This document shows, one piece after another, positions 48,293 through 58,588 of a stretch of 64,000 nt of DNA (within the stretch, counting starts at the first letter, position 1; every line of letters starts with the position of its first letter). The DNA is taken from IMG/VR virus record IMGVR_UViG_3300046779_001412, positions 72,489-136,488 of that record. The stretch is one strand, 5' to 3'. The stretch is from a virus. Both the position numbers and the translations under genes were made by a program. The notes below the pieces were generated by a model. That model saw nothing but the letters and a program-made list of their open reading frames with translations. It did not search any database and had not been told where the DNA came from.

Positions 48293-48609
48293 CAGTATTG
48301 TCTCATACTTTCCATTGTGATAATCTTGGCAAGTTCTGTGTTGAAATCTTGCTCTGATGTGATTATATAGGTCTTGTTTTCGCTGCGATCTAATTTTCTA
48401 TCATAGCTTTTGAATGTCACAAGTGATCCACCTATGACTTTTTTGAGATTGATACGCAGGCCATCACTAAGATCGTGTGGATCATCATCGCCACGTATTA
48501 CATTAGATGCTATCGCATCTGTTGGATATACACCCTCTAAGCCAATTAAATGTTTGTTTTCCCAAGCCCATTTACTTTTGCGGATAAACCACTGATCAAA
48601 CCATTTCAT
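48292..48609 (-). CDS. hypothetical phage protein
   Basis: 105 aa, operon-contiguous. Confidence 0.6.
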   Translation of the reverse strand: MKWFDQWFIRKSKWAWENKHLIGLEGVYPTDAIASNVIRGDDDPHDLSDGLRINLKKVIGGSLVTFKSYDRKLDRSENKTYIITSEQDFNTELAKIITMESMRQY

Positions 48610-49142
48610 TATATCACCTTGTCGTTGGAGTATTGACCCCAGTCAGTAAACTGCTGAGGATTCATGATGTTGTGCAATCTATGTACCCATACTCCTGGAT
48701 TTGTATCTGCAAAATCCTTGTCGTCAATTTTTAAACAAGTGTTGTAGTTCCAGAGTTGGATGTAAGGCACAGGCACTTTAATTATAGGTATAAACTGATG
48801 GCTTTCGCACAAGCCACCTTCATTGAAGTTAGCAGCATACTTAAAAGGAATGTCAAGACTACACCAGTATCCACGCATTAAAAAAGTGTGTATGACATTT
48901 TCCCAGCCCACAATATCATTGCTAGTTAGTGGATGATAGCTGTCATTGGCGCCAAAGAAAATATGTCTTACATGCTTTGAACTATCTACATAGGAATTTT
49001 GTGTGTTGAGCACATCTTCTATGTCTTGGATAGTTTGATATCCTATTACAAACAATGTTTTCATTCCATGTGCAGGCGTGTGTTCTACTTCGTTGCCAAA
49101 AAAGAACTGTGCTGTGGAATGCCCTGGTCTATTCATGGTCAT
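48609..49142 (-). CDS. hypothetical protein in the deazaguanine cluster
   Basis: EVEHTPAHG, HIFFGAN, KIDDKDF.DTNPGVW. Confidence 0.7.
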   Translation of the reverse strand: MTMNRPGHSTAQFFFGNEVEHTPAHGMKTLFVIGYQTIQDIEDVLNTQNSYVDSSKHVRHIFFGANDSYHPLTSNDIVGWENVIHTFLMRGYWCSLDIPFKYAANFNEGGLCESHQFIPIIKVPVPYIQLWNYNTCLKIDDKDFADTNPGVWVHRLHNIMNPQQFTDWGQYSNDKVI

Positions 49143-49338
49143 CGTAATTTACTCTTTCGTGGTCGTGTTCAAATTGCCGACGACGCAGGTCTCTCAATTG
49201 GTCGCGTACCAAAAGTCTGCGTTTTTTTAAATCTTGTAAACGCATGTCTTCAAATATACCAGTTTTTTCCATGGTATCAATGTGTTTGTCTAGGTCGCGA
49301 TGTTCTGTTTCTAATTGACGAATTTTATCTTGATACAT
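49129..49338 (-). CDS. DUF465/YdcH-like coiled-coil protein
   Basis: LETEHRDLDKHI...LKKRRLLVRDQL. Confidence 0.7.
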   Translation of the reverse strand: MYQDKIRQLETEHRDLDKHIDTMEKTGIFEDMRLQDLKKRRLLVRDQLRDLRRRQFEHDHERVNYDDHE

Positions 49339-49398
49339 GCAGTTTCCTGTCACAAGTAGTTCTTGCAATTTTACAACAGACCAGATATACTGTCAAGC

Positions 49399-50937
49399 TT
49401 ATTCAGCTTCAAGTTCGTCCAACTTAGATTGATCTAGATCGTTGTCAGATGTGTCTGTATCGGATGTTTCAAAAAGATTGTTAAACATTGAAGTGGCATT
49501 TACAGCTCGCTTGCCTGTAAACCCTCGAGTACCAATTACTCTTTCCCAAATACGTGCATTGTCGTTTATAATTTGCAGACTCTTTTGCCGATCGCAGGCA
49601 GCAAACACTTGGTCAATAAGCCGAGCCACATCGTAGTCTGAATTCAATGGATGTACTAGCATGTCTGGTGATGTGCCAGAATCAAACATTCGGTTAGCAC
49701 GTTGCACAGCTTCAATATGCATCCAAACGTTGTGGCCCATGAGCAGTGCATAACTGAAACTATCCCAGCTGGTTCGGCCTTCTTTGCCAATTTTGTTAAG
49801 ATCTCCGGGTTTGTAAAAACACACGTCAGATATTTTTAATCTAGCTGATATAGGCGAATCTTCAAAAGCAGGATGTATTCCTTCTTGCATCACAGCATCG
49901 CGGAATGATCTTGAATCAGTAGCAAACTTTTTGTTGTCTGCTGTGGGGCTCATTTGATAACTCCACTTGCTCCTATCTTCGGTAGTAATGGAATGATAGA
50001 GCTGACCGTTTGCTGTAGCAAGGAACGGGCTTGCACAGTCAAAACTGATAGTGAAGTCGGAGTTGTGGTACTTACGTACAGCTCGTTGGATGATTGTGAG
50101 AAGTACTGCCCATTCCAATTTACTTGTACCTAAGAAGTGCATCCAGTCATGCACGCCCTTTTCTAACAAGCCATCATGTATCAGTGTGATCAATCTTTTT
50201 CACACCAGATGTACATCACACATATTTTGTCCACCCATGCCCCAACCGTTAAAATGACGTCCGGGATACTTGGTAGGATCACAATACTGTTTCATTAGAT
50301 CATACCATGCATCAGCTTCAGTATGATTGGCACCTTGTAAAACATTCAAGAACTTAGTACCACCTTCTGCAACACCGCGTCGGTGTTTGATAAAGTATTC
50401 ATTGTTGTAATGCGTGGCTCGAACAGCGTCGTCGTAGTCTCTAATACCAGTCTTTTCAGTGGCTCCGGGTACATTGGAGGTCCACGTGGGAATGTCCAGA
50501 GTCATGCCATAGTCGGCCATGCCATCTAGCCACTTCAGTGCAGCTTCGCGTTTCTTTTGTGCTCGCGGGCATTTGGGATCTTTCCAATCACCTTCCCATA
50601 CACCCTTGGCAATCTGGAATCCACCCGAGTCGCACAGCAAAGTGGTATGATTGCCACGATTACGCATCATGTCTTCTCGAGGATCAGCCTTGGTTAAATC
50701 TAGATTAGCATGTCCTGCTGAATACAATGCCCAACGATATGGAAACAATCCTGCTTGATCATTTAGGAAATTCATCATCTCCATGTCTGGAATACCTGCA
50801 GGCATACGTGTAGCTTCTACATATTGCTCATAACGTTGACGTCCTACGTAGGTACTGTAAAAACTTGACACAGCTGGAAGAAACACAGCATAGTCGTTTT
50901 GTGCAGCAGTCAGATCATGCTGGTGGTTTATTTTCAT
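49399..50937 (-). CDS. tRNA-guanine transglycosylase / DpdA-like protein interrupted by an in-frame TGA at 50200-50202
   Basis: DSGGFQ, MTLDIP, LNVLQG, HFLGT, ISFDCASP motifs span two same-frame ORFs (...DVHLV*KRLITL...). Confidence 0.75.
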
Positions 50938-51286
50938 TAGTGGCTAGTTGCTTTACTATTTGGAATTTTTCATAGACATCGCGAAGTGCAGGCGATCGTT
51001 CAATCAGTTGTTCTAGATCTTGTTCTTCTTGTTGTTTTTGTCGTGCCCATTTAATTGCTGATTCGGCTTCTGGGCTCAAGCACACTGTGGCGTGTCCGTA
51101 ATATATGTTTAACCAGTTGTAACCATCCCATACCTGTAGACCCTGTGAGCTAGAATCAAATCTCACATCGCCAATCGTAAGAGGAGTTGCACCTACCACT
51201 CCTGATGTGTTAATATATGGGCCTGCAGATGTAGTTCCTCCTAAGATTTGAACAGACCCACCAGAAGCCGAAATCGTTTTTATCAT
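50915..51286 (-). CDS. hypothetical phage protein
   Basis: GDVRFD...LQVWDGYNW. Confidence 0.65.
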   Translation of the reverse strand: MIKTISASGGSVQILGGTTSAGPYINTSGVVGATPLTIGDVRFDSSSQGLQVWDGYNWLNIYYGHATVCLSPEAESAIKWARQKQQEEQDLEQLIERSPALRDVYEKFQIVKQLATNENKPPA

Positions 51287-52005
51287 TTTTGATGTGCAGG
51301 CATGATATAACTGTAAGTGGCCAAGCCTGAATCAACTACTATTTCAGCAGCTCCGCCGTCTGAAAATTTCACCTTCTTGTCGCCGTTGAGATTGAGAATT
51401 GATTGTACCACTGCCACTGGATAGGCCCAGGGACGTTTTAGTACACCAGATACTCCAGCATGAAACACAAAATTGCCGGCGTGCGTGCTGTGGTCACCAA
51501 ACAAGAACTTGAGATTCTGCTTGTCAACTTGTACTTGTAGCAAGGGTTCATCTGAGTTGGCCTGTGCCTGCATGCGCAGTCTTTGAATTGAAGCAACTGC
51601 GGGTTCAAACTCTACGTCCCAGTTCACGCCTTTGAATTTAACATCTTTCACTTGTTGACTCACAATGTCTGCTGACATGAATCTATAAGTGTTGTGAAAG
51701 TCGCCGGTTTGATTTTCAAAATACACACCGTCAGGATCGCCGTTGGCTTTTTTAGTAATACTGAGTTTGGCATTTTCACGATACTCAGGCAAGTTCAACA
51801 GGATCTTTAATTTACTGAGATTGGGCATGCCAAAGTGGCCGATGAATTCAGCCACTGGTGTATGGAATCGACCTTCAAGTACAACATTCTTGTTTTCTGC
51901 ATATCCGAAGATTGTGGTTTCTTTGTCAGTGCCATCAATCTTGACAAGATCAATGCAACCGAGGTCATAGGTGTGTTCAACTAAGTCTAATAATTGGTCT
52001 CTCAT
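51283..52005 (-). CDS. DNA polymerase sliding clamp (gp45-like)
   Basis: 240 aa near the polymerase; C-terminal YSYIMPA clamp-like. Confidence 0.6.
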   Translation of the reverse strand: MRDQLLDLVEHTYDLGCIDLVKIDGTDKETTIFGYAENKNVVLEGRFHTPVAEFIGHFGMPNLSKLKILLNLPEYRENAKLSITKKANGDPDGVYFENQTGDFHNTYRFMSADIVSQQVKDVKFKGVNWDVEFEPAVASIQRLRMQAQANSDEPLLQVQVDKQNLKFLFGDHSTHAGNFVFHAGVSGVLKRPWAYPVAVVQSILNLNGDKKVKFSDGGAAEIVVDSGLATYSYIMPAHQK

Positions 52006-52043
52006 GTGTTCTCCTTGTGTATATTATAACGATATTATTTAGA

Positions 52044-52988
52044 TTATCCAAGCGTCTTGGGAATTATTTTTGCCAAGGTCTGTCCACCACGCAGTGTGTT
52101 AAACTCTCCTGGTTTGGTAAGATGCATCCAAAACAAGCCAGTAGACGTGTTTTCGGTTTTCACATGTTGGTACCCTAGACTCTGTGCAAGATTTTCTAGC
52201 ATGCCGCCTGGTGTATAACAACAAAAAGAACTTTCACTTAGTTTGACGCCATAGCTTAGATCACAGTTGTTAAATGTAAAAACCAAACTACCACCAGGAC
52301 GTAGTTTGTGATAAAGTTCCACTAGATATTGGCGAATTACTTCTAATGGTCTAAAATTAAAAAAGTAGTAGGCATAAACCAGTCCCAGCTGACCATCAGG
52401 TATAAAATCAAACAAGGAAGTCTGTTGTTCTTTGACAGCATAGGTTCGTAGATGTCGTTGATATTTGGGATTAAACTGCTCCAGTGCAGGTCTAAGCAAC
52501 TCATGGTCTGTATCAACCATGTACAAAGGGTGGCATGGTACCAACCATCTAATGTGTTCTTCTTTACCAGGCCTTATACACAAGGCTGGATATCGCCAGT
52601 CCGACAGATTTTTTATACAGTGCTTCAGGCCTTCAAGTTCTGTTTCTGGGACCTGTAATCTCCGATTTAGAATATAGTCTACAGTCTCAAAAGAGGACTC
52701 CTGAGTGTACCATCTGTAGCTGCGAGCAAAGTAATCTGGTTCAACTCTTGCAATTAAATCGTTTACTCCTCGAATCACTGTGTCTAGTGTGCTTTCAAGT
52801 TGCTTTAGGCTCTGATGTACTTGGCCACAACTGGTTTCCAGTAGATGTTCGAATTCATTACGCACAGACACATCATGTCTTACATTTCTTAGCTGTAGGT
52901 CAATGTAGTTGTCCAAGGTCCAACGATATTCACGATTAGTGTTGGTCACTAGATTGTTGCGATAATGAATTAGATCGCTGAGTTTCAT
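52044..52988 (-). CDS. methyltransferase-fold protein
   Basis: LYHKLRPGGSLVFTF motif. Confidence 0.55.
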   Translation of the reverse strand: MKLSDLIHYRNNLVTNTNREYRWTLDNYIDLQLRNVRHDVSVRNEFEHLLETSCGQVHQSLKQLESTLDTVIRGVNDLIARVEPDYFARSYRWYTQESSFETVDYILNRRLQVPETELEGLKHCIKNLSDWRYPALCIRPGKEEHIRWLVPCHPLYMVDTDHELLRPALEQFNPKYQRHLRTYAVKEQQTSLFDFIPDGQLGLVYAYYFFNFRPLEVIRQYLVELYHKLRPGGSLVFTFNNCDLSYGVKLSESSFCCYTPGGMLENLAQSLGYQHVKTENTSTGLFWMHLTKPGEFNTLRGGQTLAKIIPKTLG

Positions 52989-55651
52989 GTGAATTCAAAT
53001 AGGCTTTGGAAAGTATTAGTAGTGTTGGTTGAACTGTCAATATCCCATTCCAGCACGCCTAATAGGTTGTCTAATTTGCCATCAATCACAGTGGTTTCCA
53101 TACCATTGTCATCAAATGGCAAATCCTTAAACCATTGTGGTAAATGTAGTTCATCAGTGGGATATGCAATAGATGTCCAGTCCAAGGGATTGTTTTTGAG
53201 TTTGCATACAATGACTTTTTGTCCGTCCATGATTTGCATACTGTAGTTGTCGGAGTGCATGCGCCGCATGGTGTTCCAGTTCATGGCTGCTCGCACATGT
53301 CCTGGCATGTTGGTTTTGCCTTCGCGATCTTCGGCTTTCACAAACTTGGTGAGATTGTTCACACGCTTTGGAGAACCTTTTTCCCAACCCGGACGCTCTT
53401 TAAAGTCTAACTTAAACTGCCGAATTTTTTCTATGATTTGTTCACGGCCAGCTCCTTGTAGCACTTCATTTAATACCTCACTGAGAAAATCTTGAATGAC
53501 CTTGGGAGTGTCCGAACGCTTGAGATCAAGTCCCATGGCCTTGACTTTGCCCGGACGACCATTAACATCCACACGTTTGTTTTCTTTGTCAATGTACATC
53601 ACTGCATAGCGTTTCTTTGTGATAAACAATCCCTTGGTGGCTACAAGTTCACGCCCGCCACGTATCACTGAGCCCATTTCTCTAGGCACATGAAATGCCT
53701 GCTCCATAAATCCAGGAAAACTTTCGTTGACCTGATCTGCTATGCCGTTGTAGAGTTGAATACAGGTGTCACTAGTCCATTCCATACGGCCTTCTGCTAC
53801 TTCTTTTTGCAGCACTGGCCATGCGGAAAAGTAGCAGCTATCTGTGTCACCATAGATTATTGTTTCTCCGACGTGGTCGTATCGTCCGGTGATGCATTCG
53901 TTGACGTAGGCGTCCATGTGCTTGGCGATAGCACGTCCAGTAAGAGTAGTAGACTGACCAATACGCTTATCAAAGAACCTACAACCGGGGTTAAGAATAG
54001 CGCCATAAAGGCTATTAAGATTAATCTTCTTGACAAGTTGGCGCTTGTCCCAGTATTCAAATTTTTCATCATCTACTCCTTCAAATTCTCTAGCTTTCTT
54101 CTGCATGTCTTTGCGTTCGGCATACCAACGTTTGAGCAAGCCTGGCACCACGCCTTCACGTTCATATGTAAAAATAGTGCCATTCGCAGACAGCATCCAG
54201 GGCTGACGACTGTCAAAGATCATTCGCCAGACTTCTGCAGCCGAGTGCACAGATTCCGTGCCATCCTGCCAGTCAATGATGATTTCTGTGCCACGTTGCT
54301 GTTCCATCACAGCAGTATATTCAAGAGTGCCAAACAGGCCCTCCCAGCTGGCAGCAAAGCTCATTCTTTGTTGCTGTCGCTCTTGAATATAACGATTGGT
54401 CATGTGCGGTCTAAGTTGACCAATAATGGTTTCCGGTGCCATGTTAAGAGCGCGGATTGCTGAGGGATACAGCGAGTTGATGTCAATGGAACCGATCCAC
54501 TCGTGGAGCCCTTTTTTGGGATAAGCAACATAGGCACCTGCTGCTTGCGTGTCGTCATCACTGTATCTCTCCTGTCGATTAGGTACAACCATACCACGCT
54601 CATGCGCTTCGTTGATAATGGCTTGTTCAGTAACTGCCACAGCACCCATGGTAGTGGGCAACAACACTGTGTTTTCATGCGCCAGAGTATTGGCTAGATC
54701 CAAGAACCTAAGTTTTTTGTCAAGCGAGGCTAACCCATTAACATCCTGTCGGTTGTACTCAATGAACTTGCGGAAGTCTTGATTGTAGAGTTGATCCAAT
54801 GTACCTTCATATTTGGTCTTGCCTGCTAGTTCTTCATATTCAAGTATGGAATCAAGACTGTAAGAGTGGCGCTCTTCGTAAGTGTACTTTCTATAGAGCT
54901 GCATATAATCCATGTGCACACGGCCCACCAGGTCAAACGTTAGAGCTTCTGCGCCAAAACGTTCAAAGGTACGTGACTTAGGAAACTGCCCCCATAAACA
55001 GAATTTGCGTGTGTCATCTTTACTGAGCACTCGAGTCACACGCTGCACAGTATAAGGAATATCATAGCCTTCGGAGTTCCAACCTGACAGTACATCTGCA
55101 TCATCTATGAGATCAAGAAACATCAACAGCATTTCTGCTTCGGACTCAAACAAAAACGTATTGGGGAAGTCACTAACCTGTTGTTGTGCAGTCTCCATGC
55201 TGATGCTACGAGGAGGAACTGCCATGGTCACCAATTGATCCAGCCAGCCAAGATACACTGATATTGCTGTGATAGCATTAAAGGGATCATCAGGACGACT
55301 GTACCCACGTTCCGGATCAAAGTCTACCTCGATGTCAAAAAACGCTGCGTTGAGCCTGGGCGCATCTTGACCTTTGTAGTTGTCTTCTAAACAACGAAAC
55401 ACAGGATTTATATCTGACTCGTAGCATTGTTTGCCACTTTGCATGCGAAGTTCTTTACGAAATTCTTTGTTGCTGCGTGTGGAAAATCTAGCTACTTGCG
55501 TGCCGTATATGCTTTGAAACTTACCGCGAGGATCATCATAGTAGAACACATAGTTGGCAGGATATTCTTGGTAACGACGTTCGCCATTACGCCGTTCTAC
55601 AACATGTATACGATCGTGTTCACGATCAAACAGTGCATCTACATAACTCAT
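52985..55651 (-). CDS. family B DNA polymerase (gp43-like)
   Basis: Exo FDIE, GWNSEGYD; Pol DINSLYPS, KINLNSLYG, YGDTDS, KKRY. Confidence 0.97.
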   Translation of the reverse strand: MSYVDALFDREHDRIHVVERRNGERRYQEYPANYVFYYDDPRGKFQSIYGTQVARFSTRSNKEFRKELRMQSGKQCYESDINPVFRCLEDNYKGQDAPRLNAAFFDIEVDFDPERGYSRPDDPFNAITAISVYLGWLDQLVTMAVPPRSISMETAQQQVSDFPNTFLFESEAEMLLMFLDLIDDADVLSGWNSEGYDIPYTVQRVTRVLSKDDTRKFCLWGQFPKSRTFERFGAEALTFDLVGRVHMDYMQLYRKYTYEERHSYSLDSILEYEELAGKTKYEGTLDQLYNQDFRKFIEYNRQDVNGLASLDKKLRFLDLANTLAHENTVLLPTTMGAVAVTEQAIINEAHERGMVVPNRQERYSDDDTQAAGAYVAYPKKGLHEWIGSIDINSLYPSAIRALNMAPETIIGQLRPHMTNRYIQERQQQRMSFAASWEGLFGTLEYTAVMEQQRGTEIIIDWQDGTESVHSAAEVWRMIFDSRQPWMLSANGTIFTYEREGVVPGLLKRWYAERKDMQKKAREFEGVDDEKFEYWDKRQLVKKINLNSLYGAILNPGCRFFDKRIGQSTTLTGRAIAKHMDAYVNECITGRYDHVGETIIYGDTDSCYFSAWPVLQKEVAEGRMEWTSDTCIQLYNGIADQVNESFPGFMEQAFHVPREMGSVIRGGRELVATKGLFITKKRYAVMYIDKENKRVDVNGRPGKVKAMGLDLKRSDTPKVIQDFLSEVLNEVLQGAGREQIIEKIRQFKLDFKERPGWEKGSPKRVNNLTKFVKAEDREGKTNMPGHVRAAMNWNTMRRMHSDNYSMQIMDGQKVIVCKLKNNPLDWTSIAYPTDELHLPQWFKDLPFDDNGMETTVIDGKLDNLLGVLEWDIDSSTNTTNTFQSLFEFT

Positions 55652-55832
55652 TCATTCTCCATGTGTGGTTTACAGCCCACACTGCTCTGCATGCCGTTTT
55701 TGGTCCGACGAGACCATGTATCCACCGCTAGCTCACAGAGTTTCGCAAACTGTAAACCAAGATACAGTGTTGTACCTATAATAACACCAAACCCTATCCA
55801 ATAACTAATTATGGTCGCAACCGTAATCAGCA

Positions 55833-56093
55833 TCAAAGAGTTTTACCAACCGTGGTAAGAATAGTTTCCAACAGCTCATGGTCTTGTTGCGCTTTGCCAA
55901 ATTCAGCTTTGTGCGCAATCTTGATTGCACGTTTCAAAACAGCGGGTTTTATCTCAAGTTCTTCGGCAATGGCTTTCACAGTGTCAGTGAGTCCGCCGTT
56001 GAGCGTTTCAACTTCATGCATTACCTGCATGCCTTCATTGATCAACTGTATGAGCTTGGCTTTTTGCTCAGCAGAAAAGTTCACGTTGTTCAT
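55833..56093 (-). CDS. small dsDNA-binding protein (T4 DsbA-like)
   Basis: 86-aa helical protein, AGGAGG RBS, promoter upstream. Confidence 0.55.
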   Translation of the reverse strand: MNNVNFSAEQKAKLIQLINEGMQVMHEVETLNGGLTDTVKAIAEELEIKPAVLKRAIKIAHKAEFGKAQQDHELLETILTTVGKTL

Positions 56094-56141
56094 GGTACCT
56101 CCTGGTTAAAAACGCAATTATACACAGTTACAAAAGTGCTG

Positions 56142-56804
56142 TCAATAGTCATAGCCAAAGATTCTTGGAGTTTGACAATTTTCAAATTTTACTTGTTGAA
56201 TTAAATCACGATCCGGTTGAAAAAACTCACATACTCTGGCCATATATTTGCTGTTGTTTTCTAATACGGATTTGAAATAATGCCGAGGTATGGCCTTACC
56301 ATTTTCTAAATTAGAAACATTTTGAGCCACGTGGGCATCTACATTCAATCTAAATCGTTGTTCAAAGTAGGTACTGAAATCAGATTTAAACTCTGAGTTG
56401 ATATACCAAAAGTCACAACGATGTGAGTCAAGATTCTGCAGGAAAAAGGTCTGGCGTTCAGTATGGTCATCCAATCTAACAGTATCAAATACCAGATCCA
56501 ACAAAGCCAGGTTGTTGCGCACTAGATCTAGACCAGTGTGCTGTGGCAATCGATAAGTTAACCATGTGGCTAGACCGCTTAACCAACGCTCTACCGGATC
56601 TCTCAACCATACAATGATCCTATGATCAGGATCAATCTCAGGAGGTTTATTTGGTCTAAATCCTGCTTGCCAAAAAATCTGTTTGCCCCAACTACTAGCA
56701 TTAACTGGTATATGAAGGAAGCTGCACTGATGGTCACGAGATTGCATCACACTGTGCAATGCGTGATCCGAGAAAAAATGAAATGATTTGATCATGCTGG
56801 CCAA
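56142..56804 (-). CDS. sulfotransferase-like protein
   Basis: FLHIPVNASS and LRDPVERWLSG resemble PAPS-binding motifs. Confidence 0.6.
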   Translation of the reverse strand: MASMIKSFHFFSDHALHSVMQSRDHQCSFLHIPVNASSWGKQIFWQAGFRPNKPPEIDPDHRIIVWLRDPVERWLSGLATWLTYRLPQHTGLDLVRNNLALLDLVFDTVRLDDHTERQTFFLQNLDSHRCDFWYINSEFKSDFSTYFEQRFRLNVDAHVAQNVSNLENGKAIPRHYFKSVLENNSKYMARVCEFFQPDRDLIQQVKFENCQTPRIFGYDY

Positions 56805-56835
56805 TCAATAAGTATTGATGTTATTTAGACCCTAG

Positions 56836-57570
56836 ATGAACTCCCCGTATATTAACACAAGACTGCGTATTATTGTAGCCCGCCCTGGAGCACGAGGCGA
56901 TTTCCTCGCGGGCTGGTTGGGCACACTACCGGACTCTGTGGATACTTTGTGGCGCATTGATGTTGACACTGGTCGTAGTCTTGGACTCATGACCTGCTTT
57001 AAGCACATTGATACTGAACCTGTGAGCAGTGATTGTTTAAATCAAGTGTTGGCCACAAGAAACTATCAATTAGATGCCCGCGCTCCTTGGGTATTCAACA
57101 TGGCATGCCATGGTTATCAACTAGAGCACAAGATCTCTGATGCCAGTGCTGTGCAAATCATACAGATTGTTGATGATCAACATCAGGAAAAAATTAACTG
57201 GGAATACACAGTTAAAACCTGGTTTGCTCGGGACAGACAAGAACACAACATTCGTGACAATGAATTTGGCCAAGCAGATAGAACAGCACCTAACACCACG
57301 GCGCAACAACGTGTTGATATGGTTAAACAGTTTTCAAGATCCTGTGCTAGAGTCAATGTGGATCAAGCACTCACAGGATTAGACGTAGTTAGATTTGAAT
57401 ATAAAAGATTGTTCGTACCTGGCGGCAGCCGTGAAGTAGAAAAGGCACTTGGGCTCAACATTGCTAATCACTACCATGTGTTGTGGAACACACAACTTTA
57501 TTTTGCCAACAGCAGATTAAGTTACTCAGAATTTGATTACAAATGGACACAAAAAAACTACCTGATCTAG
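56836..57570 (+). CDS. hypothetical protein
   Basis: 244 aa, PGARGDFL P-loop-like start. Confidence 0.6.
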   Translation: MNSPYINTRLRIIVARPGARGDFLAGWLGTLPDSVDTLWRIDVDTGRSLGLMTCFKHIDTEPVSSDCLNQVLATRNYQLDARAPWVFNMACHGYQLEHKISDASAVQIIQIVDDQHQEKINWEYTVKTWFARDRQEHNIRDNEFGQADRTAPNTTAQQRVDMVKQFSRSCARVNVDQALTGLDVVRFEYKRLFVPGGSREVEKALGLNIANHYHVLWNTQLYFANSRLSYSEFDYKWTQKNYLI

Positions 57571-58283
57571 CAAGTTTTGATCTAGCGTTGGGGTCAACGC
57601 TAGTGACTGTAAAGTTCCCCTTGGATTCCAACAGCATTAGACTAGCTCATATACAAACTGGCAATTTTATCAAGCTAATGACCGCCAACAGTTATGATCA
57701 TCTCATGGCAAACTTTGCTGAGTATCATAGCTGGCAATGGCAGCGATGCAATCAAGTTGGAGCCTGGGACCTACCTGAAAATGCCAGAATATTGGATCTA
57801 GGTTCCGGTCTCTCAGTCTTAGACATTATCTTGGCCCAACAAAGATCTGATCTTAGATTTTGGTTGATTGACCGTGGTGTTGATACCTATCAACCTGACA
57901 CAGTGGTAACACATGGCAACGATCATCCTTGGTATAACTCATGGATAACAGTGGAACAACAGATCACAGCAAACAATCTTGATCGCAAACGTTTTGTATT
58001 ACAACCGCCGGATGGACCTTGGCCTAGCGAACTTGACTTAATACTCAGCACATGGTGTTGGTGTTGGCATGTACCCATAGAGACCTATCTAGATTCCGTG
58101 TTGAAATCCTTGGCCCAGGGTGGACGCTTGTGTGTAGATGTTAGATATGAACACTATGATAGTATGGTTACTGAATTGTCCAAACACATGGGAACAGAAC
58201 CGCGTGTTGTGAGTTACTATGGACGCCCCTGGATTAAAGATGAACTGCCTCGAGGCTATAGATGTTGTTGGATACGTCAATAA
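57543..58283 (+). CDS. SAM-dependent methyltransferase
   Basis: ILDLGSG, DLILS, LAQGGRL. Confidence 0.75.
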   Translation: MDTKKLPDLASFDLALGSTLVTVKFPLDSNSIRLAHIQTGNFIKLMTANSYDHLMANFAEYHSWQWQRCNQVGAWDLPENARILDLGSGLSVLDIILAQQRSDLRFWLIDRGVDTYQPDTVVTHGNDHPWYNSWITVEQQITANNLDRKRFVLQPPDGPWPSELDLILSTWCWCWHVPIETYLDSVLKSLAQGGRLCVDVRYEHYDSMVTELSKHMGTEPRVVSYYGRPWIKDELPRGYRCCWIRQ

Positions 58284-58492
58284 CGTGATTTAAACACATG
58301 GTGATACGGGTGAGTTTTATTTCTGTTTGGCCTATCACCACCCACTCTTAGATACATCCCCCGGGGTAGTTTATGACAGTGTTGATTTACAAAGTATGCG
58401 ATTGCTCGGCTGCGAGTGTGAATTAAACAATCGCCATATTTGTTGCAAACATGGTACCACTCTTCATTGTCTAACCAGCGTGTGAAAATCAT
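58277..58492 (-). CDS. hypothetical protein
   Basis: 71-aa ORF. Confidence 0.45.
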   Translation of the reverse strand: MIFTRWLDNEEWYHVCNKYGDCLIHTRSRAIAYFVNQHCHKLPRGMYLRVGGDRPNRNKTHPYHHVFKSRY

Positions 58493-58588
58493 TTTTATTA
58501 TTATAGCTCACTTTGGAACAAGAGGTAGCGGTTCTAGTTCCCAGGCAGCAGCCGCCTTCGACCACAACTTACGGTCCTAAGGTGGTCA

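Noticed and set aside
49399-50937. Genome-wide TGA or TAG recoding, or selenocysteine
   Set aside because: Other genes are intact in code 11 and end in TGA or TAG at sensible positions; no tRNA with a UCA or CUA anticodon found.
52985-55651. Intein or intron in the DNA polymerase
   Set aside because: 888 aa with contiguous motifs and no splice-junction signatures.
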